64,000 nt of DNA, from the NCBI RefSeq assembly GCF_006345805.1, contig NC_043006.1, positions 21,018,001 through 21,082,000 of the forward strand, read 5' to 3'. A program made the translations under genes and the position numbers. Origin of the DNA: Octopus sinensis (lineage: Eukaryota). Shown here in pieces: positions 12,716 through 26,203 of the stretch (positions are counted from its first letter, which is position 1; each line of letters begins with the position of its first letter). The notes beneath the pieces were generated by a model that saw only the letters and a program-made list of their open reading frames with translations, did not search any database and was not told the origin of the DNA.

Positions 12716-13330
12716 ATATATATATTATATATATATATATATTATATACACACACATATATATGTGTGTGTGTGTGTGTTGTGTGTGTGTGTGTGTTTGT
12801 GCGTGTGTCTGTGTACATATGTATATATATACATATATGTATATATATATATTCATATACATATGTATATACATATATATCCGTACATGCATATACATTC
12901 ACACACACACGTACAACACACCACACATGTACATATCTACACATACATATACACGAGGAACTTCTTTTGGTCGCCATCTACCAGATCCACTTCCAAGGCT
13001 GTGATTGGTTCGGTGCTATAGCCGAAGACACTCGTCTCCGACCAAAAAAGAAATGACGCGAAAATTTCGAAAAATCAGAAGGAATTTTGCTACGGGAAAG
13101 AAGATAAAAAGAAAACAGAAAGCGTTTATAATGAATTACTGCTTTTAATAGGAAATAAACCCCGTTTTGAATCAGGAATGAAACAAAGTTTTTGGTCGCC
13201 ATCTTGAGAAGATTTCAGTCTTTGGTCGTCGGTACGAGATGATACCAAGAACCAAAGTAGAATAATTCGGCTGCACATCACATTAAATATTAGTTTGATG
13301 TAAACCAGGCAGCAGAAATTCAACGGTGTG

Positions 13331-13362
<32 letters not shown>

Positions 13363-13380
13363 CGTGTGTGTGTGTGTGTG

Positions 13381-13438
<58 letters not shown>

Positions 13439-13581
13439 CGCGCAAACACAAGCATACGCATATATAAACACACGTGTGCGCTTGTGTGCGTATATATATT
13501 ATGATCACATTCAAAAGTGCCATATGTATATACATAGCATTCGGAAATGAAATATGGAAAGGTAACGAAAGACGCATAAAT

Positions 13582-13620
<39 letters not shown>

Positions 13621-14237
13621 TTCCTGTATAGGTTTTCTCCTTTATTTCTGTCTTTCTCTCTTTTGTCTCACACCTCTCTGTTTCTCTCTTCCATCTGTAG
13701 ATTGAGGAATAATGTTATACACATATATTTATGAGTCTTTTGACCTCTTTTTCAATATTTCATTACTTTGATAACTCGAATTGAAGGGTTTACTATATAG
13801 CAAGTAACAAACGATAATTCGATATCAAGCCGGCACTAAATAATATTAACAGTGAAGATAATAATAATGATAATCCTTTCTGCTATAGGCACAAGGCCTG
13901 AAATTTTGGGGGAGGCGGCCAGTCAATTAGATTGAACCCCCAGTACGCAGCTGGTACTTAATTTATCGACTCCGGCGGAATTTGAACTCAAAACGTAGCG
14001 ACGAGAGAAATACCTATTTCTTTATTGCCCACAATGGGCTAAACATAGAGGGGGACAAACGGATTAAGTCGATTATATCGAACCTCATTTCAACGTGGGG
14101 GAGATAGGTTCCTTCTCTCACAATTTTTCTTTTCTTTATCGAGTTCTTTTTCTTTCTTTGCCTTTTCTTTGCTGTTGTCTCCAGCAGCCTGGCACCTTTG
14201 CTTGCTATCCATCACCTGTTCATTATTATAAATGGAT

Positions 14238-14621
14238 GGAAGCACTCCGTCGGTTACGACGACGAGGGTTCCGGTTGATCCGAACCAACGGAACAGCCTG
14301 CTCGTGAAATTAACGTGTAAGTGGCCGAGCACTCCACAGACACGTGTACCCTTAATGTAGTTCTCGGGGATATTCAGCGTGACACAGCGAGTGACAAGGA
14401 CGGCCCTTTGAAATACAGGTACAACAGAAGCAGGAAGTAAGAGTGAGAGAAAGTTGTGGTGAAAGAGTACAGCAGGGATCACCACCATCCCCTGCCGGAG
14501 CCTCGTGGAGCTTTAGGTGTTTTCGCTCAATAAACACTCACAACGCCTGGTCTGGGAATCGAAACCGCGATCCTATGACCGCGAGTCCGCTGCCCTAACC
14601 ACTGGGCCATTGTGCCTCCAC
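14238..14621 (-). mobile_element. tRNA-derived SINE family B, full length
   Basis: Near-identical to 36709-37096 and 45736-46121; tRNA-like head with A/B boxes. Confidence 0.9.
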
Positions 14622-15648
14622 TTATTACAAATATGTATTCAATGACTGGTTAGGGCTAAATGAGAAGACTGTCCGACATCCTGGTCTGATTCTACAAAGC
14701 CATGGATGAAGGGATTCTCTTCGGTAACTCCGGAGTAGCGTCCATTAGTAGTATAGGAAGAGCAGACTCATGGCAGGTTATTAGTGTATTTTTAAGCTTT
14801 TCCAGTTGTTTTGTGTTGAAATTCTTTAAATAACCATTACTACTACACATGTGCAGTAGCTGGGATTTCTACTCTGAACGGTCAATGGTAACATATTTCT
14901 CTTAGTACCTTCTACAGAACTCATATATCACCCCTTCCTTCTGTCCGAGGAAGAAAAAAAAAAACACGTTGAAATATGGATGAACGAAAAAGAAAAGATT
15001 TAAACGTGTGTTACAAAATGTATTTGCTTGCCTAAACAAAGTAGAAAAAGTCGAATACACGCTTCTCACTTTCTGCAATAATTCCGTATAATATGACAGA
15101 CACATAATCATCCGGTTTTTGAAAAGAGCGACATAACCCTATCGAAAGACAGGACTACAAGTAAGTTCTTTTGCCAAGAAGCGATGACGATGTCGACAAC
15201 AACAACAATAATTGTTTCGAAGGCAGTGGGGCTTGGAGATACTTGTGTGGTGCTGAATTTTATCGATTATGATAGGATGAAAGGCAAAGTTGACTTCGGC
15301 AAGATCTAAACTAAGAGCGAATTGAGTAAGGAGGAATACAAGACATCTTTTTTTTTCGACGATTCTACCAGCTCACCGCCCTTCACAAGAGCAGTAATGA
15401 TTTCGAATTAAGGCACAAGGCCGGCAATTTTACGCCACCGACCTTACGATTTGACTTGTAATTTATGTTTACGACAAAGTTCACCTCTGGAGATTTAAAC
15501 CCCAAACGTAAAAAGCCGGAAAAATGCCTGCTTGCCGATTTAATAATGCTCTCTACGAAAAGCACAAGGCCCAAAATTTTGGGAGAGGAGGCTAGTCAAA
15601 TACATCGACGCCAGTGCTTGACTGGTACTTATTTTATCGACCCCGAAA

Positions 15649-15829
15649 CACCAGCGTAGCTAGGTGGGGTCGGTATAAAGGCGGTCGGTAGGGGCGGTCT
15701 GCCCCGGCGGCAGTTTTAAAGGAGCACCACTTTTTGGGTCTGCTGTAGGCAATATGTGTTTTTGTGGGGTCTGGGGGGCGGAAAACGGAAGGGCCGCCTC
15801 GGGTGGCATACACTCTAGTTATGCTAGTG
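15649..15829. mobile_element. hAT-type MITE nested in a family C SINE
   Basis: Imperfect TIRs caccagcgtagctag / ctagttatgctagtg. Imperfect 8-bp TSD ccccgaaa/ccccccaa; the SINE sequence resumes after the insert. Confidence 0.7.
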
Positions 15830-16179
15830 CCCCCCAAAAGAATGAAAGGAAAGTCGACCTCGGTGGAATTTGAACCTAGAACGTAAAGACCGACGAAATG
15901 CCGCTTTAACATTTTGCCCGGTGCGCTAACGATTCTGCCAGCTCGCCGCCTTACTCGCCAATTAACTACTACTACTACTAATAATTGTTTCTAATTTAGG
16001 CAAATAGCCAACAATTTTGAGAGCAAATATTAGCCGATTACATCGTTCTCATTACTTGGCTGGTATTTTATGCTACTGAACAACCATTTCTCACGTTTTC
16101 TTTCATCATTTAGACATAGGACATTTTATATAACAATGGACGACATTACATTCATTTTAGGAAAGTCATACTGGAAGAA

Positions 16180-16568
16180 CGTTGGCTGTGTGGTAAGACG
16201 CTTACTTCTTAGCCACATGGTTCCGGGTTCAGTCCCACTGCATGGCGCCTTGGGCAAAGCCTCGGGCCGATCGGAGCCTTGTCAGTGGATGTGGTAGATG
16301 GAAACTGAAAGAAGCCCGTCGTATATAAATATATATATGTGTGTATTTTTATGAGTGTCATTGTGTTTGTGTTCCCTCCCCACCCGCGATATTTGTGTGT
16401 TTACGTCCCCGTAACTTAGTGGTTCGGCAAAAGAGACCGATGGAATAATTGCTTGGCTTACAAAGAATAAGTCCTGGGGGCGATTTCTTTGACTGAGGAA
16501 CTCCTTAATGTGGTGCTCCAGCATGGCCGCAGTCAAATGACTGAAACATATAAAAGAATAAAAGAAAA
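16180..16568 (+). mobile_element. SINE family A (diverged, internal deletions)
   Basis: Head tggctgtgtggtaag through tail aaatgactgaaac. Confidence 0.85.
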
Positions 16569-17329
16569 ACCTACTGCCATCATAACAGTGTTTCTAAGAG
16601 CTCTTCCACAGAGGCAACCAAGTCTTCCGCTATAAAAAGAATTCATTTGTATCATCAAAACCTGTGTTTAATGGTTTTTCTATTTAATTCTTGGCAAATT
16701 ATATTTATAGTTTGTAGATGGAAATTTGTAAATTGATTTGTGAGTTGATTAATGAAAGCGGATTAAGAAATAATTGTAAAAGATTTCCTCGCGAGATGGA
16801 CTGAGAAATATAAAAATAGCAGATAGAATATTTAAACGTCTTTCTAGCCATAACTGACATCTCTGGGGATTACATCCCAGGCAAGAATTTGATGAAGTTT
16901 GACAACAGTTTAATTGCAAAGAACTAACGTGGCAAAGAAAAAGGCCAATACTTTATTGGAACTAGATGTTGTCAAATGTCTGTGGTGGGGTTCATGACCC
17001 TTATTGATATAATTAAAATACTGAAATTAAAATTTAAGCTCTCACCAAACTAAAAGGAAACAAACATCTTTTATCTTTTACTTGTTTCAGTCATTGAATT
17101 GCGGCCACTCTGAGTACCGTCTTGAAGAAGAATTTTAGTCGAACGAAATCTACACCAGTGCTTATTTTTTTAAAAGCCTGGTACTTACGTATTCTTTCGC
17201 TCTGTTTTGCCGAAGTTACGAATACGTGAACACGCTAAGCGGTGGTGGTGGTGGGGGTGGGGACTAACACAGACACAAATACACGCAAACACACACACAC
17301 GACTCATATATGTATATATGATGGACTTC

Positions 17330-17618
17330 TAGCATCCGGGCGAAATGCGTAGTCGTATTTCGTCTGCCGGTACGTTCCGAGTTCAAATTCCGCCGAGGTC
17401 GACTTTGCCGTTCATCCTTTCGGGATCGATTAAATAAGTACCTGTTACGCTCTGGGGTCGATATAATCGACTTAATCCGTTTGTCTGTCCTTGTTTGTCC
17501 CTTCTGCGTTTAGCCCCTTGTGGGTAGTAAAGAAATGGAAATAGGTATTTCGTCTGTTTTTACTTTCTGAATTCAAATTCGCTGAGGTCGACTTTGGCTT
17601 TCATTAAGTACCAGTTGC
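17330..17618 (+). mobile_element. SINE family C, ~1.4-mer
   Basis: Tail aaagaaatggaaata joined to ggtatttcgtctg of a second unit. Confidence 0.85.
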
Positions 17619-18189
17619 GAATGAAAGGAAAGTCGACCTCGGTGGAATTTGAACCTAGAACGTAAAGACCGACGAAATGCCGCTTTAACATTTCCAAATC
17701 CACTAACAAGGTTTGGCCGGCACTAAGTTCTAGTATACTACAAAAGAAGTTTGTAAAATCAAAGTGGGTTTCTTATAAATGCCCAGATAGCTCGAGGTCA
17801 AGAGTGATACTGTTGTTTATGACAGTAGGTAGATTGTTTCCATCGCCTCTCCACCGGCGCGCTGTCTGCTGTGGTTTACCACATGAGGGTCTCTAGAGGA
17901 TGTATATTCGATTGTGAATGTTGACCTTTTCGGCGACAACGTTCATTTCTAGTGAAAACATGCGAATTATGGATCCTTCTTGTACTGTACGGTTAGCGGC
18001 CTACCTTAGACAGCTGACGGCCCATTACTGTCCAGTGAGGCGAACACAGAATTACCCGTCGGAGTAATTTACAGAGTGACTGACAACTAATAGTCATAGG
18101 CGTTAAATACTGATCGATGCGGTTAGCCGTAACCCGAAACATGATTGAGACCCGCCACGGTATCCGCCCGGATAATATATCCCTCCAAA

Positions 18190-18224
<35 letters not shown>

Positions 18225-18802
18225 TCCTTTCTACTCAAGGCACAACGCCCGAAATTTTTGGGAGTGAGGCCAGCCGATTAGATCGACCCCAGTTCGCAAC
18301 TGGTACTTAATGAAAGGCAAAAAGTCGACCTCGGCGAATTTGAATTCAGAAAGTAAAAACAAGACGAAATACCTATTTCCATTTCTTTACTACCCTCAAG
18401 GGGCTAAACACAGAAAGGACAAACAAGGACAGACAAACGGATTAAGTCGATTATATCGACCCCAGAGCGTAACAGGTACTTATTTAATCGACCCCGAAAG
18501 GATGAAAGGCAAAGTCAACCTCGGCGGAATTTGAACTCGGAAAGTAAAAACAGACGAAATACCGATTTCCATTTCTTTACTACCCACAAGGGGCTAAACA
18601 CAGAAGGGACAAACAGGGACAGACAAACGGATTAAGTCGATTATATCGACCCCAGAGCGTAACAGGTACTTATATAATCGACCCCGAAAGGATGAAAGGC
18701 AAAGTCGACCTCGGCGGAATTTGAACTCGGAACGTAACGGCAGACGAAATACGACTACGCATTTCGCCCGGCGTGCTAACGATTCTGCCAGTTCGCCGCC
18801 TT
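18225..18802 (-). mobile_element. SINE family C multimer (head plus ~190-bp tandem units)
   Basis: Unit junctions acgaaatacc.atttccatttctttactaccc at ~18364 and ~18554. Confidence 0.9.
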
Positions 18803-18818
18803 ATCCTAATATTTAATA

Positions 18819-19209
18819 CTAGCAGTATCGCCCGGCGTTGCTCGGGTTTGTAAGGGAAATAACTATATAAGCATTTTTAGAGATGTAAAGTATAATAGCC
18901 ATCTCAACATGGCTAACCACAAAGGAGGTGGGTGTTACTGTAACTTTTTACGTTCTGAGATTTAATAAATTTTTAGAGAGTTACTTCCCTTATATATGCC
19001 AAAAATGCATTAAAAATGGGAAAAATTGATGGTACGTTTTTTTTAAATCGTAGACTCATCGTAGACGCGCGCTAATACCCAGAAGGGCTCGATATGAATC
19101 ACGACTATAAGATACCCGGTTTGGGTTAAACTGCACCGCAAAATGTGGGAGTAGTTAGGAATCTAAATCGTAGGAGACAGACACACAACTTCACTTTTAT
19201 ATATAAAGA
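18819..19209 (-). mobile_element. Non-autonomous Helitron (~390 bp)
   Basis: Minus strand starts TC, ends CTAG, has a subterminal hairpin cccgagcaacgccggg and sits between A and T with no TSD. Second copy at 50458-50855 (+). Confidence 0.85.
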
Positions 19210-19500
19210 TTAAGTAACCGAGTGTTTAATGCTTAATGAAATTAAGCATTGGCAATCGTCACCAAAGACAATCCGACCACGCACTACATTTTTTCAGCCC
19301 CGCCCAAAGCCGTTGGACATAGGTACAGACTCATCTATGAGTAATGCTTTATGTAATCAGATATCAACATCCACTTGAATATAAAAGCCAAACCCGACTT
19401 CACGTGACTGCCAACAAACACATACGTAACTAAAGCAAAACCTATGAAAAGCTCTTTCTCTTCTTAAGAGAAAATCCTTCCCACTGCTTATATATATATA

Positions 19501-19657
<157 letters not shown>

Positions 19658-20835
19658 CATGGCATTCCCACGCACATGTGTGTTCGTTGTAAATGAATTC
19701 CATCAAAGAAAGAAGATAACCAAATTGAAAGCTAGGCCATTCCTTACGAAATAATAGTACGAATGTTTGACAGGAGAAAGGAACTAAGAGTAAAGTTAAA
19801 TAAAAGCTAAGCTAAATGACTGTTTCTTATCTCGCCACACCCTTCACTCTGTTACTTTATTGTAGGTTAAGTTCTCATCAGATTTGTGTGCTTTTTCACT
19901 GTTTGCAGGAATAGTGAAGAGAGCTGCGATAAACATCAATGACGGCAGCAACAACGAGTTTAAAATGCAGCCTCCATGTGGCCTGTAAGCTCGCCAGAAA
20001 TTGCAGTCAAATCTTATTCAAATTAGACCCACCGTGGGAATGACATATTGGAAAATGTAGACATAGACGCCTCTTATAAACGGGACGGTCCTCGCTGGAT
20101 TATCTATAAAAATATGTTTGTTCAGTCATGGTTCACTTAGGGCTAAATAAAAACACTATCAACAGCAAAAGACAAAATGTTGGCAAGGAGTTAGTAACAG
20201 TTAATTGAGCCAATAAATAGTTAGAATTTTGTTGTGGAACTTATCTTGTGTTACAGATCAACGTTTGCTATTTTTGTTTGTTTAACTCCAGCTCAGCCTT
20301 GACTGATCAACAGACCTGTGATCAAAGGTTTTGCAGCCACAATTTTCCATTCTTTTTTTTTTTTTAAGGGTACCTAAGAATAACTTATCCATTGGATATA
20401 CTGGATAACATACGGACATCATCATACTAGAGGAATTACGTTTCACAACAAGAATTACTTTTGACAACTTTATCCAGTGTTTCCAATGGTTCTTACGTTA
20501 TTTGTACTTGCGATTCAGTTCGTCCCCGTTTCAGTTCAAATCTGATAAGCCACAGACATTGCGAAATATCGATATTCATCACTTCTGAATGGGACTGGAA
20601 GCGAGTTGACTTACCTATCTATGACTTCCAGCTGTTTTAACACCCAGTGCTATGAGGGCGTCTTCCTCAAGGCGCTATATACTGCAGCGAACCAGCGAAC
20701 AAACAAAAGACATACACTGAGTATGTGCGGTTGATAATGTTTACAATACTAGTGCTACTTTTAATTTGTAACCGAATTTAATCGTACGTACGCATCGCCG
20801 TGGCATACCAGCAAATGGTTCTTACACTATTTGTA

Positions 20836-22119
20836 CGAGGGACGTTCAATAAGTAATGCCTCTGACCCACTTGCAATTGTTTGATCTAGCTGAAATTTTG
20901 CATGTGCAATTATTTATATCTCTATAGAGTAAGTGGTAAATTACAGCTCTGAATTAATTGTGGTTTCTGATTTACAGGTGTTTGAACCGAGTCAAGTGTG
21001 AAATGGAGCATGTTGAGTGTCGAGCAGTGATCCGGTTTTTGTATTTGAAAGGACGCACACCACGGGAGACTTTTGATGAAATGAAAGTAACTTATGGTGA
21101 TGATGCCCCATCATATGACCTTGTAAAACGCTGGCATCGTGAATTCAAACATGGTCGGAACTCTGTGGAAACAGCTCCCAGATCTGGTCGCCCCCTTCTG
21201 CCATTGATGAGGCATCTGTCCGTCAAGTTGAGGCTGCCATTTTCGAAGATCGATGCATAATTATCCGCCAAATAGCCCATGAGGTCAAGATTAGTACCGG
21301 GTCTGTGGAAACTATCATTCATGACCATTTGCATATGCAAAAGGTGTCTGCCAGATGGATTCCCAGGTTGCTCACGCCTTTCCAGAAGCAAGAACGCGTC
21401 GAGTGCTCCAGGGTGAATTTGGAGATGTGCCAAGAAGATGAGTCAAAATTTTTCAAAAGACTGATTACACAGGATAAAACCTGGGTCCATCACGATGATC
21501 CAGAGACCAAAGCCCAGTCAATGCAGTGGAAGCACCGTGACTCACCCCCTCCAAAGAAGGCAAGGGTGCAGCCCTCCGCTGGCAAGGTCATGCTCACAGT
21601 CTTCTGGGACCAGGACGGAGTAGTGATGACAGATTTCCTGGCAAAGGGTACCACAATTGCAGGAGCCTATTATGCTTCACTTTTGAGGAAATTAAGAGAA
21701 GTTATCAAAATCAAGAGGCGGGGCTAGATCAGCAAAGGCATCCTCCTCCTGCAGGACAACGCTCCGGTCCACAACTCGCTTGTCGCCAGATCAGAAGCAC
21801 AGGCGTATGGCTATGAACTCCTCCCCATACTTTCCTGACCTTGCACCCTCTGATTTTCACCTCTTCCCAATCATGAAGTTGTTTTTGAAAGGAAAGCGTT
21901 TCCCAGATGATGCAGCCTTGATTTCTGAAGTCACGTTGAGGTTGGAGGACCAAGCTGGGTTCTTCTACAAAAACGGTCTCCAGAGCCGCATCAAACGATG
22001 GGAGAGTTGCGTAACTCTGGGTGGTTCCTATGTAGAAAAAGACTAATAACTGTGCCAAGTTTCGTTGCTCTACTGCTATGGGAAGTGGGTCAGAGGCATT
22101 ACTTATTGAACGCCCCTCG
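20836..22119 (+). mobile_element. Full-length mariner transposon (1284 bp), defective
   Basis: ~36-bp TIRs cgaggg(a/g)cgttcaataagtaatgcctctgacccact, flanked by TA on both sides (20834-20835, 22120-22121). Confidence 0.97.
21003..22046 (+). pseudogene. Mariner DD34D transposase pseudogene
   Basis: HTH N-terminus (RAVIRFLYLKG...VKRWHREFK), WIPRLL, ITQDKTW, LLQDNAPVH and YFPDLAPSDFHLF motifs. Frameshift near 21195, TAG at 21725-21727, deletion near 21810. Confidence 0.95.
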
Positions 22120-22754
22120 TATATAGTCATAGACTGGCGATTCGGTTCGCCCCCGTTTCGGTTCAGGTACGTAATGTTGATAAGCCACAAAAATGGCGAA
22201 ATATCGATATCCATCGCTTCCGAATGGGACTTCAGGCGAGTTGTCTCGCCACTCTATGACTTTAAGGGCAAAGAGGGAGTCGTCCCCAAAGCGCTATAAA
22301 CTGCAGCGAACTCGCATGTCGAGTCTGACAGAACATGACTAGTATTTTCGTACATATTCTATTATATTGATTCATTGACAGATGAAAGCGTAGGTCACTC
22401 TTAGCGTTATACGAACGTAGAACATAAAGTATCAACTGTAAATACCCGCAAGATATTTGTTGAAGCTCTCTGTCAGTTCTACCAAAATAATAGTTTTGTC
22501 TTAAAAGTAATATAATTAACCCCATTCTGAGTCACGGGAAAGTGCAGGTTTCAGGGTCAATAAAATAAGTACCAATTGAACACCAGGTCGACGTAATCGA
22601 CTTACCCACTGCTTCAAAATTGCTGATCTTGAGCCAAAATTTTTACATTAAAGGCAGTCTCTTGGTAAAGTCGTTAGTACACCGGACAAAATTCTTTATG
22701 ATATGTCTTCGGGTTTATGTTCTGAATTTAAATTCCGCCGAGGTTGATTTTACC

Positions 22755-23199
22755 TGGTAAAATATACGAAGCTCAGTACACCCATCATGACTACCATGTG
22801 CGCGACATGGTGATCTCATATCAAGATAACAGCACATGACCTTGCAGGTGGGCCCCAGTTAGAATTTTCTTCAGGTTGAGTAGCCCATCCTGCTCAAGGG
22901 TTGTTTAAAGATGTTTCCAGAGGTGAATTATTCAAACCCCAAAGAATCCCTCTCAACACATGGTTATGATGCTCCCCCACTACTTCTGCTCGTGATCAGA
23001 GATGCACATATCGTCAGCCACTAAGGAACATGTTCAACTGGTTAAGGTCAAACAACTGACAAGCAAATCTGTGGTATTGAGCAGAATATTTGCTGTAGCC
23101 CATCTTTTATACCAAGACAAAACAATGCACATGATAACACTTCCAATCAGTTAAGATCAGAAGCCACGGGGGCCACTGGCTGGTACTGCATCATAGCAT
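22755..23199 (-). mobile_element. Non-coding interspersed element E abutting (AAT)n/(CAT)n, partial copy
   Basis: Reverse complement of 51889-52460 with internal deletions and a missing 3' end. Confidence 0.85.
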
Positions 23200-23218
23200 T
23201 ATTATTATTATTATTATT

Positions 23219-23305
<87 letters not shown>

Positions 23306-23622
23306 ATAAAGTGTTAACTAACCCCATTTTTTTAACTGGGTAAATAGCATTATTTATTTCCTTGTTCTCTCGCAGCCCTTTCTACGTTATGTTTTTTTGT
23401 TTTCTCGTTCCCTTCTGTTGCCCACTACCACCACACCCACCACACTCTATAACTTCCTCACCCCACTTCATCTCAAATATTTTCTCTCTCCACATCGTTC
23501 TTGATCCTCACTTTTTATTCCAGTTCGATATTCAGTCTCTCTTTTTTCACCGTTTCATGCGCATCTCTGCTTATCATGTAAAGTGTCGTGGGGGCTGAAA
23601 AAAAAAAAGAAAGAAAAAGAAA

Positions 23623-23774
23623 CATGTGTATGGTAAGAAGTTTACTTCGCAACCATATGGTTCTAGGTTCGGTCTCACTACATGGCATCTTAAGTCCCGG
23701 GTCGACCAAAGGCTTGTGATTGGATTTGATAGATGGAAACCGAAAGAAGTCTGTCATGTGTGTGTGAGTGTGAG

Positions 23775-23805
<31 letters not shown>

Positions 23806-24035
23806 CCTCCAACACCGTTTGATAATCGGTGTTGGTTGGTTTACGTCCCCGTAACTTTGCAGTTCAGCAAAAGAAAACGATAGAATGAGCATCAGGCTTT
23901 TTAAAAAAGACAAGTACTGGGATCAATTATGTACATTCACATTCTTCATCTCTTAAATATAGAACTGGGATCAATTCGTTCGACAAAAAACTTTAAGGTG
24001 GTGCCCCAGTTGGCCACATACCCAATGACTGAAAC
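23623..24035 (+). mobile_element. SINE family A (diverged) containing a 35-bp insert
   Basis: Family A head and body. The insert at 23929-23963 is flanked by actgggatcaatt duplications. Confidence 0.8.
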
Positions 24036-24240
24036 CGGGTGTAAATGAAATGAAATACTTACAGAACTGACTCATTGTCAAACGTAGTTCCTCCACTATA
24101 ACGATGTCTGTATAAGAATACAAATGCTATTCCTGAATAATTAGTTTTTCTAGAAAAGAGTATTTGTTCGAACATGACAGGTGACAAGTCTCGTTTATGT
24201 TCTAAGTCAGAGGAAAATATTCCATTTTGATACTGGTTTA

Positions 24241-24655
24241 TACAGTTAAAACGAAAATCTGGTTCAGGAATTAGTATAGATGAATTATTACCAGGAAGGG
24301 ATGTCGCACAAACTAGGCCTAGTCTCCAGGGTCATGGAAACACTGACTTTTAATATCATAGCCGTTTTCTCACTCTGTCAAGACAAAATCATTCAACATA
24401 TTGCTGACTAGAGTTTAAACGTCTACCTTGTACATCAAGTAATATAATACAGTTAAAAGGAAAATCTGGTTCAAGAATTAGTATAGATGAATTATTACCA
24501 GGAAGGGATGTCGCACAAACTAGGCCTAGTCTCCAGGGTCATGGAAACACTGACTTTTAATATCATAGCCGTTTTCTCACTCTGTCAAGACAAAATCAAT
24601 CAACATATTTGCTGACTAGAGTTTAAACGTCTACCTTGTACATCAAGTAATATAA
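24241..24655. repeat. Recent 207-bp tandem duplication
   Basis: tacagttaaaa.gaaaatctggttca... at 24241 and 24448, only a handful of differences. Confidence 0.95.
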
Positions 24656-24746
24656 AACAGGTGTGAGACGCATATTCATCGCGAATGCCCTTCTTTGCAT
24701 AACGTTTCATGGGAGTAGAGAATCGGTATCGGTGTTAACCAATATT

Positions 24747-24976
24747 GGCGGCGAGCTGGCAGAAACGTTAGCGTGCCGGGCGAAATGCTTAGCGGTATTT
24801 CGTCTGCCGCTACGTTCTGAGTTCAAATTCCGCCGAGGTCGACTTTGCCTTTCATCCTTTCGGGGTCGATAAATTAAGTACCAGTTACGCACTGGGGTCG
24901 ATGTAATCGACTTAATACCTATGTCTGTCCGTGTTTGTCCCCTCTGTGTTTAGCCCCTTGTGGGTAATAAAGAAAT
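24747..24976 (+). mobile_element. SINE family C monomer, young
   Basis: Consensus-like; flanked by a ggtat(c/t)ggtgttaacca duplication. Confidence 0.9.
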
Positions 24977-26203
24977 AGGTATTGGTGTTAACCACTCCAA
25001 GAGAACACATCTGTTTCACTGATACCACGCCGGAACGTTGTTGTGGCCGCTCGACTCGCACGAAATAGCAACCAAATCTCCTTTAAATCTTTCTCTACTG
25101 TCTTAAATAATGAAACATGACATTGAATAATGACTTTCCTTCTAAAAAGACGGAGTAATAACCCTTTCTTCTAAAGGCACTGGTAGTTAATTTATTGACC
25201 CCGAAAGGACGAATGGTGAAGTCTACCTCGGTGGAATTTGAATTTAGAACGTAAGGACAGACGAAATGTCGCTAAGCATTTTGCTCGGCGTGCTAAAGAT
25301 TCTGTCACCTTAATAATGATAATAACAATCCTTTCTTCTAAAGGCACAAAACCTGAAATTTTTGGGGAGAGAGCTAGTCGATTACATTGACCCCCCCCCC
25401 CAGTATTTCACTGGTACTTAATTTATCGACTCTGAAAGGATAAAAGGCAAAGTCGACCCCGGCGGAATTTGAAGACAGAGTAATAATGATGGGTTTTACC
25501 TTATCAGGAGTTAAAACAACAACAGCAAGAAACAACTCCATATCTGAAGCATAGTGCAGAATACGGATAGATGGTAGAATCGGTAGGACCTTGGATAACA
25601 AAATTCAATTATGTACCGCTACGGTCTCAGTTCAAATCATGCTTAAGTACATGTCGAATTTCTCCCATCCCGGGGTCGATAAGATTATTAACCCTGCTTT
25701 ATGAGTTCAAATCACCATCTAGTGGAGTCGATAAGGAACGTTAGCATATGTAATACAGGGAAAGAGTTTCGATCGACCATACTGCCTCTCTTACCTGTTT
25801 CTCCCTCCCTGTGTGTGTGTTTTCCCCTTGTCTCAGTGCAAGAAGCCAAATATTTGAGGTTCAGTAACCATTATGAGTTGCACTCGGTCAACTTTATTTC
25901 CAGAGCTCTTTACTAACCAGACCAGGCCAGACCTGTTTAACTGCCACTAACTGTTTGTTTGACCGATTGTCTTGTTAACGGAGTTTAACTTCTAAAAGTT
26001 CTTGCCTGGAAAAATCAACCAATCACCTAACCAACCAGCTAGTATTCCGTTTAGATAACCAATAACGTTTCATTAGAATTTGGTTGAAGGAAATCGTGCA
26101 GCAATGTTTGTATGTACCAGATGTGGAGTTGCGGCCCTTTATATCAAAAAGGATAAAATCCTAACCATTCGAAAAGAAAAATGTGATCGATAAAATAATA
26201 ACC

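Noticed and set aside
18225-18802. CRISPR-like or hammerhead-retrozyme reading of the family C tandem units
   Set aside because: Units are ~190 bp without unique spacers, the context is eukaryotic, and no CUGANGA/GAAA core is present.
19905-19985. Possible upstream SDR exon after tttgcag
   Set aside because: The translation (GIVKRAAININDGSNNE) lacks the LDL..L.SV motif and there is no clear donor.
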